From Anaeroplasmataceae bacterium (lineage in GTDB: Bacteria > Bacillota > Clostridia > Christensenellales > CAG-917): 39,786 nucleotides of DNA. Positions within the stretch are counted from its first letter, which is position 1; each line of letters opens with the position of its first letter. Shown here piece after piece: positions 8,208 through 16,101 of this stretch. Where the stretch lies: contig CAVKUX010000002.1 of assembly GCA_963659595.1 (NCBI GenBank), positions 1 through 39,786 on the forward strand, given 5' to 3'. Below the pieces are notes generated by a model. It worked only from the letters and a program-made list of their open reading frames with translations, ran no database searches and was not told the DNA's origin. A program made the position numbers and the translations under genes.

Positions 8208-8660
8208 ATGATCGATTTCATCGCCGTCGGCAACAACATAGCGTCGAAGCGCAAAGAACGTAATTTAACGCAAGAGGAACTCGCAAACAAATTGTTTGTG
8301 ACACGTCAACTTGTGTCAAAATGGGAAAACGGTACGGGCGTTCCTTCAATCGACGATTTGTTGAATATGTCCGAGATTTTCGGAATCACTATCGAAGACC
8401 TTTTGTGTCTGAACAAAGTTGCAACTGTCGATCCGGACGACATATTTGCAGGGCACGAGAGGTTGTTCGTGGTCAAAAGCATAATCGACGGCAAGATAAA
8501 AATCGATATTCCCGAAAACTTTTATCGTTTTTCGCAAGCGGAACGGATTATGATTCTCAAAGCGATAAAAAACGGCACGCTCGAAACGAACCTCGAGAAT
8601 CTGAAACCGAGACTTACGCCTGCCGAGCAAAAATTTATAAAAACGGAGGTCTTAATATGA
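8208..8660 (+). CDS. XRE-family helix-turn-helix transcriptional regulator (150 aa)
   Basis: The HTH_3 signature is RKERNLTQEELANKLFVTRQLVSKWENGTGVPSIDDLLNMSEIFGITIEDLL. The start was set at MIDFIAVG (ATG 8208), which follows AAGGAGG (8195-8201). Confidence 0.85.
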   Translation: MIDFIAVGNNIASKRKERNLTQEELANKLFVTRQLVSKWENGTGVPSIDDLLNMSEIFGITIEDLLCLNKVATVDPDDIFAGHERLFVVKSIIDGKIKIDIPENFYRFSQAERIMILKAIKNGTLETNLENLKPRLTPAEQKFIKTEVLI

Positions 8661-9373
8661 TACTCAAAAAGAAAATACAAGACGGGAAAACCGTATACGA
8701 ACCCATCTCGTTTGAAGACGCGATTGCAAACAGACAAGGCAAAGACGATTTTTTGTTCACCGACGAAGACGAAAAGGACAATTTCGAAGATGTGGTCGAA
8801 CAAATCGAAGAACTCAAAGAGGAAAGCGACGACGAATCCGACGAAAAGGACGACGAGCGCGAAAACGACGACGAAATAAGCATATCGTGGGGCGACGTAA
8901 AGAGCGCGTTGAAAAAAGCGGGCAGAATCGCCAAAAAAGGCGTGCAAGCGGTTGACATTTCGCTTGGGAATCTATTTTCGGGCGTTAATTGCGGAAAGTC
9001 GAAAAACAGCGGCAACCTTATGCAAATCATCCCGTTTCTCGACGACGATGACATTCACGAAATCGTGGAAGACATACTAAGCGACCCCGATAAATACGAC
9101 GGGCTCAATCTCTGCGCGATTATGCCGTTTTTGAGCGAGAGCGACTGCAACGCTCTGTTTATGAGAATCGCACTCGACACGAACAAAAAGCACGAATACT
9201 CTTTGGCGTCGCTTGCGCCTTTCGTGTCCGAAGAATGTTTGTCAAAACTCGTTGACAGATATATCGCGGGCGAACTCGAAGACGTGAATATGGACCAACT
9301 CTATCCGTTCTTGTCGAGCAAGGACGTAAAACGCCTGTTCAAGCATATCGTATCCCAAAACAAAAAAGATTAA
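8657..9373 (+). CDS. Hypothetical acidic protein with four PF(L/V) helical repeats (238 aa)
   Basis: The start ATG at 8657 overlaps the XRE stop as ATGA and follows GGAGG (8645-8649). An acidic tract is TDEDEKDNFEDVVEQIEELKEESDDESDEKDDERENDDE. Four repeats of about 30 aa follow: IIPFLDDDDIHEIV, IMPFLSESDCNALF, LAPFVSEECLSKLV and LYPFLSSKDVKRLF. I do not recognise a family. Confidence 0.7.
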   Translation: MILKKKIQDGKTVYEPISFEDAIANRQGKDDFLFTDEDEKDNFEDVVEQIEELKEESDDESDEKDDERENDDEISISWGDVKSALKKAGRIAKKGVQAVDISLGNLFSGVNCGKSKNSGNLMQIIPFLDDDDIHEIVEDILSDPDKYDGLNLCAIMPFLSESDCNALFMRIALDTNKKHEYSLASLAPFVSEECLSKLVDRYIAGELEDVNMDQLYPFLSSKDVKRLFKHIVSQNKKD

Positions 9374-9398
9374 TTTTCTTTGATTCATTTTATGGAAA

Positions 9399-9436
9399 AC
9401 GGTCTTGCAGAATTGCAGGACCGTTTTTTGTTTTTA
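9399..9436 (+). terminator. Rho-independent terminator of the XRE operon
   Basis: ACGGTCTTGC-AGAATT-GCAGGACCGT (one G-U pair) followed by TTTTTTGTTTTT. Confidence 0.8.
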
Positions 9437-9444
9437 TTCGATTC

Positions 9445-9481
9445 AGCGTTTTATATGTGTGTTTTTCGCATATAAAACGCT
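9445..9481 (-). terminator. Hairpin terminator downstream of the lipid-kinase gene
   Basis: A perfect 13-bp stem, AGCGTTTTATATG / CATATAAAACGCT, lies immediately after the minus-strand stop at 9492. Confidence 0.6.
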
Positions 9482-9491
9482 TATTTTGAGG

Positions 9492-10358
9492 TTATCTGAA
9501 CATTTTGAGTTTGTTGTGAACAACCTCGATATCGAGTTTGGTGTCCTCGATAATTTCGCCGTCTAGTTCGAAACGGCTGTCGTCGAGCGCTTCGATTGTA
9601 ACTTTCTTTGCGGTGTATTCGCCGCCCCAGTCCGTGCCGACGTGCTTGCCTTTGAGGAACTTGAAAAGGCGGAAAATGATTTTGCTCTTTTTCATTTCGC
9701 TGACGTAGCCGACATTCAAAAGTCCGTCGTCGACAACCGCATTCGGGCAAATGGGAATGCCGCCGCCGATAAAGCCGCCGTTGCCAATGCCTATCATAAA
9801 CACGCTCGTGTCTTTGGTCACACCGTCCGCCGTGATTCGAAGATGATGGAATCTTGTGTGCAAGAGAGTGTAGAAAAGCGAATAATAATACGCCGCTTTA
9901 CCCTTCAACGTTTTGCAGTTTGCGTATTTGAGCAACACGTCGACATCCATACCGCCGCCGCCTACGTTGAGACAACGATATTTGCCGAGTTCCATATAAT
10001 CAACGTAACCGACTTTGCCGTTGAGGATGGTTTGCGCCGCTTCCTTGACGTTGGCAGAATGCCCCGATTTCTTGATAAAATCGTTTCCGCTGCCGCACGC
10101 GACGAGACCGAGCGTGACGTTGTCGAAGTTGTCTATGCCGCAAAGCACTTCGTGGAACGAACCGTCGCCGCCCATAACCACGATGTTTGTATCCGGCGTT
10201 TGGGACAATTCTTTGGCAATCTCCGTTGCGTGTCCTGCGTATTCTGTTTTATGAACGATGTACTCGGCGTTGTTATTCTTAAAGATTTCCTCGACGGTTG
10301 CAAGCGCTTTCATACTCTTGCCCTTTCCGCCCTGAGGATTGACTATTATGTGATACAT
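9492..10358 (-). CDS. Diacylglycerol-kinase-family lipid kinase (YegS/BmrU-like)
   Basis: 288 aa. The N-terminus is MYHIIVNPQGGKGKS, the DAGK catalytic motif is VVMGGDGSFHEV, and GSGNDF is present. The RBS GGAGGG lies upstream. Confidence 0.85.
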   Translation of the reverse strand: MYHIIVNPQGGKGKSMKALATVEEIFKNNNAEYIVHKTEYAGHATEIAKELSQTPDTNIVVMGGDGSFHEVLCGIDNFDNVTLGLVACGSGNDFIKKSGHSANVKEAAQTILNGKVGYVDYMELGKYRCLNVGGGGMDVDVLLKYANCKTLKGKAAYYYSLFYTLLHTRFHHLRITADGVTKDTSVFMIGIGNGGFIGGGIPICPNAVVDDGLLNVGYVSEMKKSKIIFRLFKFLKGKHVGTDWGGEYTAKKVTIEALDDSRFELDGEIIEDTKLDIEVVHNKLKMFR

Positions 10359-10481
10359 AATGCCCTCCGATGTTTATTTGTATAAAATATACAAGCCTAT
10401 TTTAGCACTTATGCCGAAAAAGTCAACAAAATGACGGTTGCACAACAAAATGTATTATATCTTTGACATTTGTATTGCAAC

Positions 10482-12248
10482 TCAATCGCGATTTTCAAAC
10501 TGCAATTCGTAGAGTTTGTGATAATATCCCTTGTTTTTGAGCAGTTGTTGGTGCGTGCCTTTCTCGATGATTCTGCCGTTTTGAAGCACGATGATCTGTT
10601 CGGCGTGCTGGATTGTCGAGAGTCTGTGTGCAACGACGAGCATAGTGCCGATATTGCGGATATTTTCAAGCGATTTTTGGATTACGACTTCGGTTTCGGT
10701 GTCGATGTTTGCGGTTGCCTCGTCGAGAATGAGAATCTGCGGTTTGTGAAGCACAGTTCTTGCAAACGAGAGAAGTTGACGTTGACCTTGCGAGAAGTTT
10801 TCGCCGCGTTCGATGACTTCCTCGTCGAGTCCGTGCTCCTGCGCAAATATGAAAGTGTCGGCGTTGACGTACTTGCACGCCGCCTCGATTTCCTCGTCGG
10901 TGAACGATTCGTCATTGAGAGTGATGTTGCTTCTCACCGTGCCGCTGAAAAGGAACACGTCTTGAAGCATCTGCCCTATTCCTTTGCGCAAAGAATGGAT
11001 ATCGATTGTGCTTATATCTCTGTCGTCAATGAGAATCTGACCTTTTTGAATCTCGTAATTGCGCACGATGAGGGAAAGAATTGTGGTTTTTCCCGCGCCC
11101 GTCGCGCCGACAAACGCACACGTTTCCTTCGGATTTATGGTGAAAGATACGTCTTTGAGAATCCAATCCTCGTCCTTGTACGCAAACCACACGTTCCTAA
11201 ACTCGATTTTGCCCTCGAATTTGTCAACCGTCACGGCGTCTTCTCTGTCGCGGATTTCCGGTTTTACGTCGAGCAAATTGAACAACCTCTCGGAAGCGGT
11301 GGTCGCTTTTTGCAAGTTGTTGAGTTGGTCGGCGAGGTTTTGTATGGGGTTGAAGAACCTCGAAAGATACAAATAGAACGCAACTATCATACCGGCGTCG
11401 AGTCCGAATTCCATACCCAGCCAAAACGTCACCGCAATGGAACTGATGTACAAAAGCGTTATAAACGGACGGTATATGCCGAAGGCAAGCACGACGGCGT
11501 ATCTGGATTTGCGCAAATTCTCGTTCTTTTCCAGAAACTCGTCGTCCTTCTTCTTTTGACGGTTGAAGATCTGGATGAGTTTCATACCCGACAGGTTTTC
11601 GTTGAGGAAAGTGTTGAGGTCGGATATATATTGTCTTTCCTTTGTGAAGACCTTCCTTACGATTTTTCTGAATACGAACGAGGTGACAAACACCACGACG
11701 ATAAACGCAAGCATCACAAGGGAGAGTTGCCAGGATATGTACAGCATAATGCCGTACACGCCCACGACCGTGAGTACGTTGCGGATTACGTTGACAATGA
11801 CGTTCGTAAACAAGTCGGACATCGACGCGGTGTATGAAGCGACGCGCGTAACGAGCGAGCCGACGGGCATTTCGTCAAACTGATTCTGCGACAACTTTTC
11901 TATATGCTCGAAAACTTCGGTGCGAAGCGTGTAAATTATGCTTTGCCCCGCTTTTTGCAACAGCATAGATTCCCAAACGAGAAACGCTTGGTTGAATACG
12001 CCTATGGCGAGGTAGGCAACCGCCATACCTATGATAAATTCGATGTTTATTCCGTCGGATTTGAGGTTGTTGGTGATTCTGCTCACGAAAAGCGGCAAAA
12101 TGATGTCAAGCACAACGTTGATGAGAATGAGAAGCATTGCGCCGACAAATCTTGCCGTTTCGGGTTTGAGATAGTGCCATATGCGCCTATACATATCTTT
12201 TGAAGGGATGTGGACGTCGCCTTTGAGTTTTTCGACTTCCGTTTGCAT
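10482..12248 (-). CDS. ABC exporter subunit (fused TMD-NBD) with a canonical catalytic site and a non-canonical signature
   Basis: 588 aa. Walker A is GATGAGKTT, Walker B with the catalytic Glu is ILILDEATANID, and the H-loop is VVAHRLST. The signature is FSQGQRQ rather than LSGGQ. The start overlaps the upstream stop (TAATG). Confidence 0.9.
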   Translation of the reverse strand: MQTEVEKLKGDVHIPSKDMYRRIWHYLKPETARFVGAMLLILINVVLDIILPLFVSRITNNLKSDGINIEFIIGMAVAYLAIGVFNQAFLVWESMLLQKAGQSIIYTLRTEVFEHIEKLSQNQFDEMPVGSLVTRVASYTASMSDLFTNVIVNVIRNVLTVVGVYGIMLYISWQLSLVMLAFIVVVFVTSFVFRKIVRKVFTKERQYISDLNTFLNENLSGMKLIQIFNRQKKKDDEFLEKNENLRKSRYAVVLAFGIYRPFITLLYISSIAVTFWLGMEFGLDAGMIVAFYLYLSRFFNPIQNLADQLNNLQKATTASERLFNLLDVKPEIRDREDAVTVDKFEGKIEFRNVWFAYKDEDWILKDVSFTINPKETCAFVGATGAGKTTILSLIVRNYEIQKGQILIDDRDISTIDIHSLRKGIGQMLQDVFLFSGTVRSNITLNDESFTDEEIEAACKYVNADTFIFAQEHGLDEEVIERGENFSQGQRQLLSFARTVLHKPQILILDEATANIDTETEVVIQKSLENIRNIGTMLVVAHRLSTIQHAEQIIVLQNGRIIEKGTHQQLLKNKGYYHKLYELQFENRD

Positions 12249-14038
12249 TACGCCTCACCTCCTTCCACTTCTCTCTCGAGTTTTTGCAAGTACACCATTT
12301 TCTTATAGGTCGGCGAGATTTCTTCAAGACGTTGCGGCGTGTCGAACGCTTCGACTTCGCCCTTGTCTAGCACGAGAATCTTGTCGAGATGGGACACCGT
12401 GGACACGCGCGAAGCGATGACGAGCGTTGTTTTGCCCTTGCGCTGACTTTGGATGTTTGCAAGTATCGTTTCTTCCGTCTTCACGTCGACTGCGGACACC
12501 GAGTCGTCCAAAATCATAATCGGCGCGTCTTTTATATACGCGCGCGCAATGGATATACGCTGTTTTTGTCCGCCCGAAAGAGTCACTCCTCTCTCGCCTG
12601 ACACGGTTTCGTAGCCTTCCGTAAAGTCCTCGATGTTCGAGTGAACGTCGGCAAATTTCGCCGCGTCGTACACCTTGTCCATATCGAGATTCTCGCAGGA
12701 GAATGCGATGTTGTTTTTCACCTTGTCGCTGAAAAGGAAGTTGTCTTGCGGAACGTAGCCGATTGCGTTTCTGAGGCTGTCGATGTCGCAATCCATAATG
12801 TCGTAACCGTCAATGGACACTTTGCCCTTTTCCACGTTATAGAGGTGCAAAAGGGTGTTGACGAGCGTGGTTTTTCCGCTTCCTATCTTGCCGACGATTC
12901 CCACGCTTTCCCCTGCTTTGATTTCGACGCTTATGTTTTTAAGCACGTTTAAGTCGCTGTTCGGATATGCGAAAGAAAATCCGTCGAACTTGATTTCGCC
13001 CTTTACGTCTTCGAGAACGACGGCGTTTTGAGGGTTGCGGATTTCCTCTTCCTGGTCGAGGAAATCGGTTATACGCTTGAGGGACGCTTTCGAGCGAGAG
13101 CGCATGGTCACCACTTGTCCGAGCGCAATCATAGGCCACACAAGAGTGTCGAAATATCCGACGAAAGTAATAAGTCCGCCTGCCGTCATATCTATCGTGT
13201 GACCGAATATCGAAACGGGCGAACCAGTGACGTATTTGTACACGAAATAGCCGCCCAGCCCCAAAATGAGAGCCATAATCGCCGATATAATAATTTCTAT
13301 TATTGCGTCGAATATGACTGACACCTTGACGAGTTCGATGTTTGCGTCCTTGTTGCGTTTTGCGATTTTTGCAAAGGCGTGGAGTTGTTGCGTCTCCTTG
13401 ACAAACGCCTTTATGACGCGTATTCCCGTGAAACTCTCTTGCGAAAAGTCGTAGAGTTTGTCAAATTCGTTTTGGCGTTGTTCCCATTTGAGCGCCATAA
13501 ACTTTTCCACGAGCATACCCCATACGATTATAAGCGCAAGAGGTATCAAAAGAATGCAGGACAGCACCCAGTCGAGCGAGAACATTTTGTAGAGCGCAAG
13601 CACCGAAAGGAACATTGCGTCCACAAGCATAACCGAACCCCAACCGAAAAATTCCTCTATCGTTTCGAGGTCGGTGGTGAACCACGCCATAACCGAGCCG
13701 ACTTTGTTTTCGTGATAGTAGCGTTGAGAAAGCCGTTCGCTTTTGAGAAACATATTGTGGCGCAAATCCGCCTCTATCCTCTGCGAAGCGTTGAATATGG
13801 AAAGTCGCCACATAATACGCCCGAAAAACATAACGAGCGCAACCACCATAACGCCGAGAATAATCTCTTTGAGTGCGCCATGATCGATTGTTCCGCCGTC
13901 GAACATATCCACGAGTTTTCCGAGATATTCGGGTATGAAAAGTTGGAACACGTCAACGGCGACGAGCCCGACAAGCCCTATAATGAACAGCCACGAGTAT
14001 TTGGCATAATATTTGTTGATGTATTTTCCAAACAGCAT
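12248..14038 (-). CDS. ABC exporter subunit (fused TMD-NBD) with a degenerate catalytic site
   Basis: 596 aa. Walker A is GKIGSGKTT and the signature LSGGQKQRISIARA is canonical. Walker B is IMILDDSVSAVD (Asp where the catalytic Glu is expected). The H-loop position reads VIASRVST (Ser where the switch His is expected). Confidence 0.9.
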   Translation of the reverse strand: MLFGKYINKYYAKYSWLFIIGLVGLVAVDVFQLFIPEYLGKLVDMFDGGTIDHGALKEIILGVMVVALVMFFGRIMWRLSIFNASQRIEADLRHNMFLKSERLSQRYYHENKVGSVMAWFTTDLETIEEFFGWGSVMLVDAMFLSVLALYKMFSLDWVLSCILLIPLALIIVWGMLVEKFMALKWEQRQNEFDKLYDFSQESFTGIRVIKAFVKETQQLHAFAKIAKRNKDANIELVKVSVIFDAIIEIIISAIMALILGLGGYFVYKYVTGSPVSIFGHTIDMTAGGLITFVGYFDTLVWPMIALGQVVTMRSRSKASLKRITDFLDQEEEIRNPQNAVVLEDVKGEIKFDGFSFAYPNSDLNVLKNISVEIKAGESVGIVGKIGSGKTTLVNTLLHLYNVEKGKVSIDGYDIMDCDIDSLRNAIGYVPQDNFLFSDKVKNNIAFSCENLDMDKVYDAAKFADVHSNIEDFTEGYETVSGERGVTLSGGQKQRISIARAYIKDAPIMILDDSVSAVDVKTEETILANIQSQRKGKTTLVIASRVSTVSHLDKILVLDKGEVEAFDTPQRLEEISPTYKKMVYLQKLEREVEGGEA

Positions 14039-14172
14039 AGACTATAATTTTTTGCGCAAAAATCCGTTTCTTTTGCGCGATATACCGACTTTTTGAAAAA
14101 GCGCACAGAAAACCCCGTTTGCCAAAACGCCGACAACTCGAATTTCGCCAAACGGGGTTTGATGTCAAACCC

Positions 14173-14201
14173 TCGAAATCGTTTTGGAAAAACGATTTCG
14201 A
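14173..14201 (-). terminator. Hairpin at the alcohol-dehydrogenase 3' end
   Basis: A perfect 13-bp stem, TCGAAATCGTTTT-GGA-AAAACGATTTCGA, lies next to the stop at 14205. A second 12-bp hairpin, AAACCCCGTTTG...CAAACGGGGTTT, lies at 14110-14160. Confidence 0.5.
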
Positions 14202-14204
14202 TTT

Positions 14205-15434
14205 TTACATGATTTCGCGGTAGATAGCCTCGATTTCTTTCTTGCCCCAAACTTGCGGACAGGGATAAAGAGGATTGGCTTCCGCATATGCATGCGCAAT
14301 CATACGGGGCAAACGTTCTTCTTCGATAAGTTTGCCGCCGTCGCGTGACAAAATCTTGGTGGGAATGTTCATCGAAGCGTTCATATCTTCAATCCACTTG
14401 ATGAACAAATTTGCTTTTTCTTCGTTGGTAGTGCCGCCGAGATTGATGCAGTCGGCAAGTTGAGCGAGTTTCTTGTGCGCGGATTTGCCGTATGCTTTCA
14501 AAACGTGCGGAAGGATGACGGCGTTTGCAAGACCGTGAGGTACGCCGTATTCGCCGCCGAGCGTATGCGCGACTGCGTGGACGTAGCCGACGTATGCGCG
14601 AGTGAACGCTTTGCCTGCAAGATATGCTGCCTTTTGCATTTCCACTCTCGCTTCGAGATCGTCGCCGTGGTCGTAGGCTTGTTTGAGGTATTTGTGAATG
14701 AGTTGCACTGCCTCGACAGCCTCTTTCTTGGTTTGTTTCGTATTCTCTCCGCCGATGTACGCTTCAACCGCGTGAGTGAGAGCGTCCATACCCGTCGTAG
14801 AGGTAAGGTGAGGCGGAAGGGATTTTGTGAGTTCGGGGTCCATAACGACGTATCTCGGAATGAGGAACGGGTCGTTGATAGGATATTTTTCGTGCGTTTC
14901 GGGATTGGAAATAACTGCGGCAAGCGTCGCTTCGCTGCCCGTACCCGAAGTTGTCGGAATTGCGACAAGCGGAGGAAGTTTGTGACCCGTGATCATAATC
15001 TTAAGCACGCCCTTCATTTGCGGAACGCTCTTTTTGGGGCAAGCAACTCTTGCGCCGATACCCTTTGCGCAGTCCATTGCGCTGCCGCCGCCGAGCGCGA
15101 CAATCGCGTCACAGTTGTTTTCGTGATACATTTTGAGACCGTCTTCGATGTTTTGAATGGTCGGATTCGGAACGACGTCATGATAGCAGCAACTCTTCAT
15201 GCCCTCTGCTTCGCACGCAGCCATAATGGGATCTGCCTTTCCGCTTGAAAAGAGGAATCCGTCGGTGACGATAAGAATGCTCTTAAAACCGTTGTCTTTC
15301 AAAAATTTGGGGAGTTGAGAGATACTGCCCGGACCGGACAAGGTCTTTTTGCATTGGTTCCACGGCAACAAATACATTGCCAAACGCATTGATTGCTGAT
15401 AGATACGGCAACCCATCTTAGTAAAAATGTTCAT
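14205..15434 (-). CDS. Iron-containing (group III) alcohol dehydrogenase
   Basis: The start was set at MNIFTKMG (ATG 15434), which follows GGAGGA (plus-strand TCCTCC, 15440-15445). Motifs are GGGSAMDCAKGI and HAVAHTLGGEYGVPHG. Length is 409 aa. Confidence 0.9.
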   Translation of the reverse strand: MNIFTKMGCRIYQQSMRLAMYLLPWNQCKKTLSGPGSISQLPKFLKDNGFKSILIVTDGFLFSSGKADPIMAACEAEGMKSCCYHDVVPNPTIQNIEDGLKMYHENNCDAIVALGGGSAMDCAKGIGARVACPKKSVPQMKGVLKIMITGHKLPPLVAIPTTSGTGSEATLAAVISNPETHEKYPINDPFLIPRYVVMDPELTKSLPPHLTSTTGMDALTHAVEAYIGGENTKQTKKEAVEAVQLIHKYLKQAYDHGDDLEARVEMQKAAYLAGKAFTRAYVGYVHAVAHTLGGEYGVPHGLANAVILPHVLKAYGKSAHKKLAQLADCINLGGTTNEEKANLFIKWIEDMNASMNIPTKILSRDGGKLIEEERLPRMIAHAYAEANPLYPCPQVWGKKEIEAIYREIM

Positions 15435-15604
15435 TGTTTTCCTCCGAATGCGGAAAAACCGCATATATTGAGTATTAATTAATAGTATTTTAACACCAAA
15501 TACACAAATGCACAAGAATTAATTAATAACTAATAATGAATAATTAATAATTGCGGGTGGGCTTTGCCCACACCCGAAATAAAAACTTATTCGAAGCGTA
15601 CTTA

Positions 15605-15915
15605 TTAACGGAATGTGTCAATTCGAAGACGGAACACGAGCCGCAAGGCGGCGAGCCTATGAGCGCCGAGCTTGACGGATAGTACAAGCGACTGCGCCGT
15701 TTGGGTGCGAAGCTGGCGCACAAAGCGAAGTGGCATAATGAGAGAAATGCCCCTATCTATGCGAGTGCCGACTGTCTCCCCCGCGAACGACGATTGCTTA
15801 TGTAGGGGAACGCCCCTAACTGAGTGGCGGGAGAAATACCCGAGAGGGAAAGAGGGGGTACTGCTATTTAGAGTTTTCACCCCTACACTCTTGTAGAGAA
15901 AGAAAACACACACCT
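15605..15915. ncRNA. Candidate structured non-coding RNA; class and strand are undetermined
   Basis: This is a GC-rich island between very AT-rich flanks. Its only ORFs are Arg/Leu/Ser-rich and lack an RBS. There are at least six local hairpins:
- GCCGC-AAG-GCGGC (15640-15652)
- GCGCCgAGCTT / AAGCTGGCGC (15663-15673 with 15710-15719)
- GGCAT-N10-ATGCC (15732-15751)
- TAGGGG-AACG-CCCCTA (15803-15818), nested inside TCTCCC..GGGAGA (15775-15834)
- CTACA-CTCT-TGTAG (15883-15896)
A further hairpin, GGGTGGGC-TTT-GCCCACaCCC, lies at 15555-15574. Confidence 0.45.
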
Positions 15916-15970
15916 GAGGAAAGGGGAAATTTTAATTTGAGTACACAACGATTACTCATAAAATAACTCC

Positions 15971-16101
15971 ATAAAAACTGCGATATTTAGATGAAGAACA
16001 AGGAAAAGCCCTTTTGCAAATCCGCCTAACGTACTGCACGTACGTGACGGGTGAGCAAAAGGGCTTTGACACAGTTATTCGCTAAATAGCGCAGTTTTTA
16101 T
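15971..16101 (-). terminator. Nested inverted repeat forming the gap 3' UTR and terminator structure
   Basis: The outer arms are 20 bp: ATAAAAACTGCGATATTTAG (15971-15990) and CTAAATAGCGCAGTTTTTAT (16082-16101), with one mismatch. The inner stem is a perfect 13 bp: AAGCCCTTTTGC region (16005-16017) with GCAAAAGGGCTTT (16055-16067). The palindrome CACGTACGTG sits at the centre. On the minus strand the inner stem is followed by TTTCCTTGTTCTT. Confidence 0.6.

Noticed and set aside
8321-8656. The N-terminal 112 codons of the 350-aa ORF 8321..9373, which overlap the XRE gene in another frame.
   Set aside because: That part is Arg-rich frame-shadow sequence with no RBS. A GGAGG plus an ATG at 8657, coupled ATGA to the XRE stop, gives the real start.
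15435-15553. An extremely AT-rich stretch with repeated TTAATTAAT and TAATAA words upstream of the ADH gene. It was considered as a possible repeat element.
   Set aside because: It is low-complexity AT sequence consistent with a promoter or UP-element region (TTGTGC, a 17-nt spacer, then TAAAAT on the minus strand). There is no defined repeat unit.
15605-15915. Specific identities for the structured island: tmRNA (the minus strand reads ...QSALA-stop; the plus strand has GCGAACGACGAT resembling the E. coli tag start, and AQSEVA followed by TAATGA), RNase P RNA, SRP RNA and a cobalamin riboswitch. The 102-aa and 74-aa ORFs there were also considered.
   Set aside because: - tmRNA: there is no tRNA-like acceptor or T-arm (no GGTTCGAnTCC...CCA) and no 5' GGGG...GGATTCGAC.
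- RNase P: GAGGAAAG at 15916 is not followed by TCC.
- SRP RNA: there is no SRP domain IV motif.
- Cobalamin riboswitch: the B12-like words have the wrong spacing.
- ORFs: they lack an RBS and are Arg/Leu/Ser-rich.
The region is left as unclassified RNA.
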